Source: Isurus oxyrinchus (taxonomy: Eukaryota). From it: 64,000 nt of DNA. A model generated the notes under the pieces. That model was given only the letters and a program-made list of their open reading frames with translations, was not told the origin of the DNA and made no database searches. The position numbers and the translations under genes were made by a program. The DNA is taken from contig JANJGN010000152.1 in the NCBI GenBank assembly GCA_026770705.1, positions 558,001 to 622,000 on the forward strand. Reading direction: 5' to 3'. Of this stretch, positions 10,293 to 22,810 are shown one piece after another. Position 1 is the stretch's first letter. The number at the start of each line of letters is the position of its first letter.

Positions 10293-11200
10293 CTAACAAA
10301 GTAGTCGGGTAGATGTCATCATTATCAGGATCATCACAATTATTTCAAGTAGCTTCATCATCAGCAGCATCACCTTACAATTAATAACATGTGGGTTACA
10401 ACAGTCAGGGGGAGAACGGATTTTTTCTGGGAAGGAAATACTTAGTGAGAAGTAATATAATGACGAGGACCGGGTGTGATATAATTCCCCATGATGCTCC
10501 CTGAATCTGTAACTCTGCAGTCCGCCAAATCCTGTCAGGGCAGAAGTGCAGATTCCCGGCGCACTGTACTGTTGATCCAACCAACGTCAAACCAGGAACA
10601 GTGGAAAACACCTTCCAAATCACAGGAAAGGCAAGGAAGGTCAGAGCGAGAGAAACGAACAGAACTATGGGGGAGGCGGCCGCGGGCACTGTTGTCACTC
10701 GTAAAATCTATCGAAATGAGCTGAATTCAAGACGAATGCGCTCAACAGAAATTATATAATTCCGCCGGTCTGTAAGGACAGCGTTACGTTCCTAGTTATT
10801 TCAAATCTGGGCAAAACAGTCTGGCGACAGGAATTAGAGGATTATTGTATTATTCTGTAATTACAGATACTTTCATAGTTGAAATCAGTTAAAACAAGGG
10901 GCTGAATCTGTCGTGGCGAACAGAACAACTGGGCATCCCATCCCAATGTACTGGAGCTGTGCTGTTGATTAACACTGAAATAAACTTCCCAATTATGGGT
11001 CTCTAAGGAAACGTCACACTAATGGGCATACATATGTGATCAAACGCAATTTCTCAAGTATTTTCAAGCAAGTATCTGTCAGGTGGTGGAAATCCACGGC
11101 CTGATGCGCCACCTGGTGGCCGATTTTAATGAATCTTATTTTCTCTGATCTCACAAAACACGGCAATGGTGCGAGTTGTCCCGAGGCCTTTCTCACCGAG

Positions 11201-12260
11201 GGTCTCAGCACACAGTAATTCACGGGGTTGTCAGCGACCTGAAGCTCAGTCAAGGTAGAAGCAGCTATATTATTGGGTTAAAACAAAAAAACTGCGGATG
11301 CTGGAAATCCAAAACAAAAACAGAATTACCTGGAAAAACTCAGCAGGTCTGGCAGCATCGGCGGAGAAGAAAAGAGTTGACGTTTCGAGTCCTCATGACC
11401 CTTCGACAGAACTTGAGTTCGAGTCCAAGAAAAAGTTGAAATATAAGCTGGTTTAAGGTGTGTGTGTGGTGGGCGGAGAGATAGAGAGACAGAGAGAGAG
11501 AGGTTGGGGGGGGGGGGGTGGTTTGGGGGGGGTGGGGGGTTGGGGGTGTGGTTGTATGGACAAACAAGCAGTGATAGAAGCAGATCATCAAAATATGTCA
11601 ACGACAATGGTACAATTGAACACATAGGTGTTAAAGTTAAAGTTGGTGATATTATCTAAACGAATGTGCTAATTAAGAATGGATGGTAGGGCACTCAAGG
11701 TATAGGTCTAATGGGGTGGGGAGAGCATAAAAGATTTTAAAATATTTAAAAATAATGAAAATAGGTGGGAAAAGAAAAATCTATATAATTTATTGGAAAA
11801 AAAAGAAAGGGGGAAACAGAAATGGAGTGGGGATGGGGGAGGGAGCTCACGACCTAAACTTGTTGAATTCAATATTCAGTCCAGAAGGCTGTAAGGTGCC
11901 TAGTCGGAAGATGAGGTGTTGTTCCTCCAGTTTGCGTTGGGCTTCACTGGAACAATGCAGCAAGCCAAGGACAGACATGTGGGCAAGAGAGCAGGGTGGG
12001 GTGTTAAAATGGCAAGCGACAGGGAGGTTTGGGTCATTCTTGCGGTATTTTTCGAATGACTGAAAAGCGATGTTTAATGTTCTTTCCACAAGAATGTGCC
12101 CGAATTTCGAAATCTGGAGCTGAGTTCTGGTTTTGACGATGAAGCTGCAAAAATTAATTCACATTGGAAGTTGAATAGATGCAATTTATGCTCATCGTGA
12201 TTCCTTCCAGTTATTGGGCTTCTGTTGACCACTCTCCGACGGAACCTCCGGAACTCAATC
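11201..12260 (-). pseudogene. TCR alpha/delta V pseudogene split by a Penelope-like element
   Basis: 5' part (12045-12260) GLSSGGSVGEWSTEAQ*LEGITMSINCIYSTSNVN*FLQLHRQNQNSAPDFEIR. 3' part (11201-11280) STLTELQVADNPVNYCVLR followed by heptamer-like CTCGGTG. Confidence 0.75.
11280..12045 (-). mobile_element. Penelope-like retroelement 3' fragment
   Basis: LPVACHFNTPPCSLAHMSVLGLLHCSSEAQRKLEEQHLIFRLGTLQPSGLNIEF; same family as 13090-14525. Confidence 0.85.
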
Positions 12261-12299
12261 CTGCAGAAATTATTTCATGGTTGACCATGGAAACATAAT

Positions 12300-12425
12300 G
12301 AACAGATAGATAGATTAGATAGACGGATGGATGGATGGATAAATAGACAGATGGAGGGTGGACAGGTGGAGTGATGGACGGATGGACAAACAAAGGATTG
12401 GAGAAATGGATGGATGGACGGATGT
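12300..12425. repeat. (TAGA)/(TGGA)n simple repeat
   Basis: Visible directly. Confidence 0.8.
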
Positions 12426-13089
12426 AAAAGCAGAAAATGCTGGAAAAGCTCAGCAGGTCTGACAGCATCTGTGGAGAGACAACCAGTGTTAACGGTTTAG
12501 AGTCCGTATGACTCTTCTACAGTTGGATGAATGGATCGGTGGAGTGTGGGTGGATGTGCCGGAAAAATGCTTTTCCACATTTTCAGCTTCACGATTCACT
12601 GATCCATAACTTGACCCAGGCCCTTTATTCCATTTGTGTCTGTCTGGGGCTTTCAGTCCTTCCCGATTTTCTGGATAATTCCATTTCCTTGGCTGTTGAC
12701 AACTGACGAGCTGAACGTCACCAAGTGCAACCTGCAGATATCCCTGCGGTGCTGATGATCCTTTTCTGGTGATGCTGAATCTTCATCTCAAAGTTAGAAA
12801 GCGGCTTCATGACTGTGATGAGAAACGGGGATTATAACATGTGCAACATGCGGCCTTTTCATGCACAACAAAGCATTCAGCATATCCTCAACCAAATTAC
12901 TTCAATCGCAGCAGATGTTTGCATACATACATTTTTCACATTTCCCTGGTAATTTCTTGCAGCTCTGTGATTCTGGTGCAGTCCACCATTCTGAACACCA
13001 AGGGAAAAGCGTGCATGAACTGTGACTTTCTTAAAGGCAAAATATTGATTGAAAACCAATTGTCACAATGAAACATATCCAATGGGTAC

Positions 13090-14525
13090 TGTGGATGCTG
13101 GAAATCCAAAACAAAAACAAAAATGCCTGGAAAAACTCAGCAGGTCTGGCAGCATCTGTGGAGAGGAACACAGTGAACGTTTCGAGTCCGAATGACCCTT
13201 CAACAGAACTAAGTAAAAATAGAAGAGAGGTGAAATATAAGCTGGTTTGGGGGGTTGGCGTTGGGGAGGGGGTGGGTGGAGTTGGACAAGAAGAGCTGGA
13301 TAGAGGGCCAGTGATCGTTGGAGATAACCAAAAGATGTCACAGACAGAAGGACAAAGAGGTTTTGAAGGGGGTGATATTATCTAAGGAATGTGCTAATTA
13401 AGGGTAGAAAGCAGGACGAGCAAGGTACAGATAGCCCTAGTGGGGGTGGTGTAGGGGGAAGGGATCGAAATAGGCTAAAAGGTAGAGATAAAACAATGGA
13501 TGGAAATACACTTAAAATAATGGAAATAGGTGGGAAAAGAAAAATCTATATAAATTATTGGAAAAAACAAAAAGGAGGGGGAAAATCGGAAAGGGGGTGG
13601 GGATGGAGAACGAGTTCATGATCTAAAATTGTTGAACTCAATATTCAGTCTGGAAGGCTGTAAAGTGCCTCGTCGGAAGATTAGTTGCTGTTTCTCCAGT
13701 TTGTGTTGAGCTTCACTGGAACAATGCAGCAAGCCAAGGACGGACATGTGGGCATGAGAGCAGGGTGGAGGGTTGAAACAGTTAGCGACAGGGAGGTCTG
13801 GGTAATACTTGCGGACAGACCGAAGGTGATCTGCAAGGTGGTCACCCAGTCTGCGTTTGGTTTCTCCAATGTAGAGGAAACTGCATTGGGAGCAGCGAAT
13901 GCAGTAGACTAAATTGAGGGAAGTGCAAGTGAAATGCTGCTTCACTTGAAAGGAGTGTTTGGGCCTTTGGACACTGAGGAGAGGGAAAGGGGCAGGTGTT
14001 GCACCTTCTGCTAATGCATGGGAAGGTGCCGAGGGAGGGAGTTGAGGTGTAAGGAGTGATGGCGGATTGGACCAGGGTGTCCCAGAGGGAACGATCCCTA
14101 CGGATTGCCCCCAGGGGCGGGGGGGGGATGGTGAAAGGAAGATGTGGCATCATGCTGGAGTTGGCGGACATGGTGGAGGATGATCCTTTGAATGCGGATG
14201 CTGGTGGGATGATAAGTGAAGACAAGGGGGACCCTATCATGTTTCTGGGAGGGAGAAGAAGGTGTGAGGGTGGATGCGTGGGAGACGGGCCGGACATGGT
14301 TGAGAGCCCTGTCAACCACCGTGGGTGGAAAACCTCCATTAAGGAAGAAGAAGGATATGTCAGAGGAACTGTTTTTGAAAGTGGCATCATCAGAACAGAT
14401 GCGACAGAGGAGAAGGAATTGAGAGAATGGGATGGAGTCCTTACAGGAAGCGGGGTGTGAGGAGCTGTAGTCGAGGTAGCTGTGAGAGTCGGTAGGCTTA
14501 TAATGGATATTGGTGGACAGTCAAC
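13090..14525 (-). mobile_element. Penelope-like retroelement (GIY-YIG endonuclease region)
   Basis: NLVYCIRCSQCSFLYIGETKRRLGDHLADHLRSV GIY-YIG motif, plus RVPLVFTYHP; frameshifted. Confidence 0.88.
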
Positions 14526-15187
14526 GAGAAATCAATGTGGGAATATTCAGTAATCAGCTTTCCATACAAATTTCTGCTCTGAATTTATAACTTGAAACCC
14601 TTTGCGAATGTTCAAAACTATGGCAAAATTATTAATATTGCTATTAATATAGTCATTTTATATTGGGGAAATGTTTTTAGGTAAACAGCACAGAGTTCCT
14701 TAATACACAATTGACCCTCCCTCATTGCAGAAGAGGATCTCTACCTTTAACGAGGATAACTACCTGCTCTGTACACATTGCCATTCATGTTCAATGTCCC
14801 ACTATCAGGAGTAACTGTCGCTGTGCTAACTAACAGAAACAGTGACAGACAAATGGAGAGACAGTCCAGATCCATGTGTAATGGCATGGGAGATGATACG
14901 TGGCCAGGCAGACCAAATCCACAAGGGAAACGTGGTCACGCCATCACAAAGGTTTTCAATTTGTAATTATTATGAGAAGATGAGTGAACTGCCTTCAGAG
15001 GCGAAGAGTCCACTAAGACTTTTAGAGATTTAAAAAATTAAATTGTAATACAAAATAAAAGATTTCAAAAACATACAACTGCTATTAAACAATACTGTAG
15101 CAAATCCTAAAATTCTGAATTAACCTGACTCTCAGTTACACACACCCTTTAAGGCAGTAGTCCAAAATAATAGAATCACAAAATCTC

Positions 15188-15378
15188 AGAATCACACAGT
15201 GCAGAAGAGGCCCTTCGGCCCATCGAGTCTGCATGGACACATGGGAAACACCTGACCTATCTACCTAATCCTATTTACCAGCACTTGGCCCATAGCTTTC
15301 AATGTTATGAAGTGCCAAATGCTCATCCAGGTACTTTTTAAAGGATGTGAGGCAACCCAGCTCCACCACCCTCCCAGG
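15188..15378 (-). mobile_element. CR1 3' end fragment
   Basis: Reverse complement of the CR1 3' end at ~40480-40675. Confidence 0.8.
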
Positions 15379-16547
15379 TGGTGTGATTTTAGATTTCAAA
15401 GAAAACCAGCAAGATAACCCAGTAATCACTTCGCAGTGGAATTGTAAATGGTTTGCTCCAGCTTCAGTTACTGGCTTATGCACAAAAGGCTGGAGGCTTC
15501 TTGAAGGCTGTTTCACACACTCCTGTTAGATCTTACATGGTCCTCACATCACGTAGCCTTTCATTCTCCTTTATGTATTTTTATCTCTCTTTAATATGTA
15601 AATTCTATTGCTCCATATGACTTTGGAGCGGTATCTTTCCTATAATAAAGAAAAATTCATGTTCCAATATTATCAGTAACCTTTGGGAAAAATAAACACA
15701 CCCCTTAGCCTTGCTTAGCTGGCTACTTGTGAACTTAAAATCCATACAATCCTTTCAATTATCTAAAAAGGCAAACTCCCTTCCCATCTTGCATACTAAG
15801 CCAGCACCATGTTTATTCATTAGCATTTCAAACACTTTTCTACACCTAGCTTCTTTTGATAATTCCAAGCTTGCAGTCTATCTGACTCCAAATGTATTTA
15901 AATACATAGACAGAAACAAATATACTCACTCTCATAAACCTACTTTACTATAATCCAGAAAAATATTATGAAATTATTATACTTTTATAACAATAGCAAG
16001 CTGTCATATTGCAAACAATTTATAATTCTTGGTATTTTTGCCATTGATAGTGTTTAATAAACACCAGCTGTGCTTCACTCTATTAATGATTTGATCTATT
16101 GATAGTTCCAAACCTTCAACTTTCCCATACAATCGATGGCTTGCAACTGAATGATGTTTCTCACTGTATCAATAATCCTCCACCCTTTCACCACTCCTAA
16201 TCGATTGGTGTTTCACAATCTATTAATGGTCTCCAATTCTGAAACGATTCAAGGCCCAATGAATATTCTTTTGTTTAAGGAAATGAGCGAGTTGGTCCAC
16301 AAATCATTTGAATTACTGTGAAGTTCTGATTAACCTGGTTAGATCTTAGAGTACTACTCACACAGTGAAGGAGCTGTACTGTTGTCAGGTTCAAGATCAC
16401 ACCCACAGTCAGTGCCTGTCCTACCAGCGGAACTCTACGTTAGGGTTTGTGGTACCATTGGGGCCAGGTTCAGTCTTATTTAACTATGTACCTATGTATA
16501 AAATTGAACCATTGGATGCCTGGATTTATATTTATTTCATATTCATT

Positions 16548-16880
16548 CATTGGCTCAGTTGGTAGCACTTTCCCGTCTGACATTAAACTGGGGGCTATCT
16601 GCCCTCTCAGGTCGATGTGAAAGATTCCATGATACTATTCCATCTGGAAGTGCAGGGAGTTATCCCCGGTGCCTTAACATTTATCAGTTAATAAACATTT
16701 TAAAATACGCCCAGAGGCGCAGATTACCTGGTCATTATCATGTTGCGGTTTGTGGGAGCTTGCTGTGCTCAAACAGGCTGCAGTGTGTCCTACATTACCA
16801 CTGTCAATACACATCATAAATGCATTTTTGGTTGTAAAACACTCAGACTTCTGGTGATCGTGAAAAGTGCTATCATATAT
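16548..16880 (+). mobile_element. DeuSINE-like element
   Basis: tggctcagttggtagcact head and 'gtgggagcttgctgtgc...cctacattac...gtgaaaagtgctat' core and tail; related fragment at ~41560-41805. Confidence 0.6.
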
Positions 16881-18099
16881 ATATAAAAAATATATTATAT
16901 ATATATATTCTTTTTTTTCCTTTTCCTTTTTATGAAGTATAGAAGCAAAATGAAAAGTGTTGGATTGAGCCAATAAGTCATAGACTTCTAGAGTGAACCC
17001 GTGCTCCTGGCTGGGAAGGACGTCATTCAGTTCCTCAGGCTTGTATCAGCATTTTAAAAAATATATCGAATTTATCTCATGCTGTCTCACCACCCCCACC
17101 ACCCATCCCGCAACCCCCTCCACCTCCCATCCCCCACCCACCCCACGAACATGCTGTATCTCCATAGCCCAGCAATTTATGCCCATTGAGGATCATGCCT
17201 TCGTTGATAATGGATCAGACTCTGTCCAGTTGTCCCACTTAAATTGCTCTGGAGCATGGGGCACTGGGGCGGAAATGATGAATGTAATGAGGTAAGAAGG
17301 AATAACGTGACAACAGAAATAGTGTGGAACATGCTGGAGAGCAGGAAGTGCTTCATTCTTTTCCAAGTGAGGGAAATAATAAATCGGGATTTTAAAACTG
17401 AGTAAATTTATGTCAGATATAGGTAGTATCACTTCCAAACTTATCACACTCTCAATGTTTATGTCAGGAGCTTCTATTTAATGTTGAGCGAAGCACTTAA
17501 CACTGAACCGCAGAGACTGGTGGGTATATGCTCACCATCCTTGGAATAATTTAGTCCATTTTCCAACAGAATTCTCGGAACAGAGGTATTCCTTGGTAAG
17601 GGCATTCCTCAGCGTATTCTCAATCAATGTTAACGACATTAAACGAACAGCAAATACATTTTCAATAAAATAAAATCTGGAACATAATAGGTAACAATGG
17701 TTATTTATCTTTGTGGACTTCATTTGTCAGTAAATATGATGCGTTCGCTCACACACACACATTTCAGTTTAAGATCCCATCTTTCCTACCTCGGAGGCTC
17801 TGTAGCACCTGAAGAATCGAAGAAAATCACCGCCACCACATTTCAGGTGGTTCCATGTAGAAAAAATCTCTCCCCACTTCACACTGGTTCAGTTGGTCAT
17901 TAAAGCTCCTATCATTCCCACAATGTGCGCCTTGGTCCACATTCTTCGGTTGAAACAAGATCGTCAAGAATTAATCAATAGGAATTGAGACACTTTGCTC
18001 TTCTCGTGACCTTAAAGTGCACAAATCAGCCGCATTAATCTGCCACAGTTTCACCATAAGTATTGAGAGTTCGCACAGGAGGTAATGAGCCGATACATC

Positions 18100-19380
18100 A
18101 GTAGAAGTGGTTTCTTGATCCATTAAGCCAGCATGGATCTGTTAAGGGCAAATCATGTTTAACTATCTTGCTTGAGTTTTTTGATGACATAGCAGCGATG
18201 GTTGATGAGGATAATGCTTTTGATGTGGTTTACATGGTCTCCGAAAGACATTTGATGAAATGCCGCACAACAGACCTGTGAGCAAAGTTGGAGCTCACTG
18301 GAATAAAATGGACGGTAACACCATGGATTGGGAACTGGCTCAGTGCCAGGAAACAAAGAGTAGTTTTGAACATGTGTTTTTCGGACTCGGGGAAGGGTTA
18401 TAATGAAGTTCCCCAAGGGTCAGTGTTACAACGCCTAGTTTTCAGCATATTTATTCATAAACTGGGCCTTGGTGTACAGGGCACAATGTCAAAATATACG
18501 GACGATGCGAAATGTGGAAGCATTGCGGGCCACGAGGAGGATAGTGTAGAACTTCAAAAAGACATCGAGAGGTTGGGGGAAAGGGCGGACAAGTGACAGA
18601 TGAAATTTTGGTGGGAAGAACGCAGACAGACAGTATAAAGGAAAGGGTGTGATTCCAAAGGGGCTGCAGGAGCCGAGTGACCTGGGTGTTAATGTGTATA
18701 AATCATCGAAGGTGGCAGGACAAGTTGAAAGAGCGCAATTAATAAATCATGCAACATCCTGAGCTTTATTAACAGAGGAAAAGCGTATACAAGCAAAGAG
18801 GTTATGTTAAACGTGTGTGGCACACTGGTTAGGCCTCAACTGGAGAATTGCATCCAATTCCGGGCACTACATTTTTGGAAGAATTTGAAGGCATGAGAAA
18901 GGGCACAGGAAAGGTTCATGGAAATTGTTTCAAGGGTGACGAACTCCAGTTATGTATAAGGAGTGGAGCAGTTGGCTTTAATCTCGTTTGAGGAGAAAAA
19001 GTTTAGCGGAGATTTGATACAGGTATTAAAAATCATGAAGGGCCGGGGCAGAGTAGATAGGGATTGTTCCCATTAGTGGAAGGATTGAGAACCAGACGGC
19101 TCAGATTTAAAGTAATCTGGAGAAGAAGCAATAGAGACAAGAGGAAAAACATTTCACGCAGTGAGTGGTTAGCATCTGGAATGCATTGCCTGACAGTGTG
19201 GTGGATTGAGGGACAATTGATGCTTTCAAAACGAAACTGCATCCTTATCTGAAAAGAAAAAAGATGCTGGACTACAGGGAAAGCTGTGGCCCAAGGTCAA
19301 TTACTCCTTCAGAGGGTTAGCACGGACAGGAGTGGCCGAATGGCATCCTCCTGCGCTGTAAGAATTCTATGATTCTATCA
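18100..19380 (+). mobile_element. CR1 LINE ORF2/3' fragment
   Basis: WIGNWLSARKQRVV...VPQGSVL...SKYTDDAK reverse-transcriptase remnants; attctatg tail. Confidence 0.88.
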
Positions 19381-19479
19381 TTAATGTCGGAAGCAGCAAC
19401 GAAAATCGACATTTTCACAACATCTGCAATAGAAGAGTCCGTCCAATAGATGGCAGTGAAACAGTGAATACTGACATTA

Positions 19480-21145
19480 TATGAAACATGCACTGTCTCA
19501 ATCATTTCTGCACTGAACCCTTTCCCTGTTCATATTAAATTGGACCTTTGACTGTATAAATTACACTCAGTGATGTCTCTGATCATATTACAGCAAGTTG
19601 TGTCTCAGTTGTTTCTATAATAGGTCAATCTCAGTCAATATACAGGACAAAGACCATGTTACACTATACATTCTCTCAGTTATCACTGCACTAAACCATG
19701 TCTTGGCTAATATGACAATAGTCCATGTCTCAGTTGTTACTGCACTGGTACTTGTCTCTACTTATATGAAACCAGAACATGTCCCTGTCTACATGACACG
19801 AGCCTCTGTCTCAGTTATTGCACTACTAGACTTTGCCATGTTTATATTAAACTAGGGGATGTCTTGGCGAACACTGCACCAGTCTATGTCTCTGCTTATA
19901 ACACACGATGCTCTGTCATTGTTATTATTGCATAATACCGTCCCTCTTTCTTATTGCTGCACTTGCCCACATCTCTGTTTATATTAATCCAGGTCCTATG
20001 TTGGTAGTTATTGCACTAGGCGCTGCCTCAGTTTATATTAGACAAGGTCCTATATCAGATGAAACTGCAACAGACCCCGTGTCAATTTCCTTTCACTAGA
20101 TCCTGCCCCAGTCATTACTGAACTAGACCATGTCGGTGTTCATATTACACAAGACACTGTCTCAATTATTACTGCACTCGGCACTGCCTCACATTTTACT
20201 CCACTACATCATGCCTCTGTTTATATTACACTAGATCACCTTTTTGCTCATATTCTGTTAGACCCTATCTCAGTTTATATAACACTCGACCCTGTCTCAG
20301 TTTATATTACATTAGACCCCGTCTCAGATAATATTATACTGGAGCCCGTCTCGGTTTATATTACACCAGAGCACATCTGTGTTCACATTACAATAGACCC
20401 TCTCTCAGTTTATATTACACTATACCCTGTCTCGTTTAATATTACACTAGACATTTCCTCTGTTTATATTAAAATATTATTACAACATTACAATGTTATT
20501 TCTGTGTAGGCCATGTCTCTGTTTATACTACACAAGGCCAAGTCTGTTATCACTGCACCAGATCCTGGCTCAATAATTGCTGATACTAGGCCCAGCCTTC
20601 GTTTGTATTACCGTGGATGCTGTATCAATAATTGGTGCACTCGGCCCTGTCTCAGCATTACTGCACCAGACCCTGACTTTGATTATACTGAAATAGAGTA
20701 TGTCTATGATAATATTACACCAGTTCCTGCCTCAGTTATTTCAGTGTTCGGCCTCGCCTCAGCTGCTCCTGAATTCGGCCGTGGCTCTGGTTGTATTGCA
20801 TGCGGAAATGTCTCAGTTATTACTGCTCTGGGCCCAGCGTCTGTATATACAACGCTAAACCCTGTCTTAGTAGCTGCTGCACTAATCCAAACATCTCTTT
20901 TTATTACACGTTCCCTGTCCCTGTTTCTATTCCACTAGATCATGTTTTTGTTTATCTTACACTATAGGCAATCTGAGTTATTATTGCAACAGACCCTGTC
21001 TAGGGTATTATTAATCCATGTGCCGAATCAATCATTACTGTTCTAGCCCCGAGAGAGGATTAATATCAATTGACCCAGTGCTTAGTGCGCTAACCCTGCC
21101 TCGGTTATTTCTACGCTTGGCCATGTCTCTGTGATTCCTGCAACT
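19480..21145. repeat. Degenerate 27-bp-family minisatellite (cctgtctcagtttatattacactagac)
   Basis: Same family as the 31.5-41.4 kb satellite, opposite orientation. Confidence 0.75.
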
Positions 21146-22369
21146 GTGAGTTGGAGAGATAATATTATACACAAAGATGTTGAGGTGGGAATTGTTCCCT
21201 GGCGTTGGCCTAAAACGGGCGGTATTGGATGGCCCGTTCTTTGCAGCACCTGATAGTTATTTTCATTTAGTTTTAGTCAAAGAAATGATGGTTCAGATAT
21301 GGTCAGTTATGTGTGCCGTATAGAAAAAAATCATACTTCTTGCTTAGACCGCCGTTTCTCAAAGATAAATGATGATCTTTACCCGAATGTTTCAATACTT
21401 AATTTTCTTTTACTCAAACTGTCACTGCGGATTATTTAGTGCTGTAAATATTTATTGATAGCATGTTTCGTTGTTTGCTTTTGCTTAGAAAGTGATGTCA
21501 TACTAACACTTCCGTCACTAAGACGAGCATGTTTATCACCAAACTCATTGAATGTCCTTTGTTTCTCTGTCCGAGGCAGCGTCTAACTCACTGAACCTCT
21601 TCTCTCTCTCTCTCTCGCTCAACCTTTCTTTCTCTCTCTCTCACGCTCTCTCGCCACCCACCATCTAACTCCCGCCCCCCACACCCCCGCTCTCTCTCTC
21701 TCTCTCTCTGAGACAGTCCCTTATTCATTTTGAATCTCCTGATATCTAATAACACTCTTTGGAGAATTTTTTATCACAATTTCTCTTCATTTCTCCCAGC
21801 GACAACTTTCAGCCGACTCCTGTCTTCAGTGATTGTGTTCAAATCCAAAACTATGCATTTAGTTAAATTGTAGATTGTTTAATACTGCAAGTATTTAGTG
21901 ATAACCAGTCTGTTATGTGCATTAGTTTATAAAGTGATGTCAGACTGACGATTTCGTTTCTAAGGTGCTTTATCTATCTCCGGTGATCAGTTGGAAAGCG
22001 GAGTAAATCACATCCAGAAGAACCAGCAGGTTATTAACAAATGATCACCTCAATATCTCTCAGAAGCTCTTGATAATCTCGAATGTGTGATGATTTGTGC
22101 AAGTGATGGCAAAAAACAAACTTTACCTGCAACTGACATGAGACTAATACACCTGTAATTCTCCGGTTTATTTTTCCTGTTGATGGGAAGGAGTGAAACT
22201 CCTGCTGCTCTCCAGAGACTTTCAGAATTTCTGTTTCCACTTTTTTTAACTGCTTTCTTCACAAATTCCACCACAACCACTCGAATCATGTTTGGACAGA
22301 TTAGTTCAACTGCAGGTTGCATATTCAATGTAATCTTAACGAAAATAAACGAGGGCCTAGTCGAGTATA

Positions 22370-22810
22370 AAAAGAGACCGAACTTGATGTAACATAAGCA
22401 GAGATATGGGTTACTGCATTAATAACAGAGGCAGTATCTGGTTTAACATAAAAGGAGATATCGACTAATGAATTAATAACAGAGACAAGACCTGGTGTTA
22501 TATAACCAAGGATATGGGCTCGTGCAGTAATATCAGACACCGGACCTGGTGTAACATAAGCAGAGATATGGACTACTGCATTAATAACAGAGACAGTATC
22601 TGGTTTAATATAAAAGGAGATATCGGCTAATGAAGTAATAAAAGAGACAAAGCCTGGTGTTGTATAACCAAGGATATGGGCCCGTGCAGTAATATCAGAG
22701 ACAGGACCTGGTGTAATATAAACATAGGTATCGGTTAGTGTAAGTAATAACAGGCACAATACCTAGTGTAGTACAGGCAGAGGCATGTGCTAGTGCGGTG
22801 ATAACACAAA
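22370..22810. repeat. 27-bp-family minisatellite with a ~162-bp higher-order duplication
   Basis: gtaacataagcagagatatgg recurs at ~22390 and ~22551. Confidence 0.7.

Noticed and set aside
17760-18050. Possible V relic (GGSVAPEESKKITA...HWF)
   Set aside because: Too little similarity; no YYC or RSS
21800-22090. Acceptor-like site followed by LLIISNV, possibly a V relic
   Set aside because: Multiple stops and no conserved V anchors
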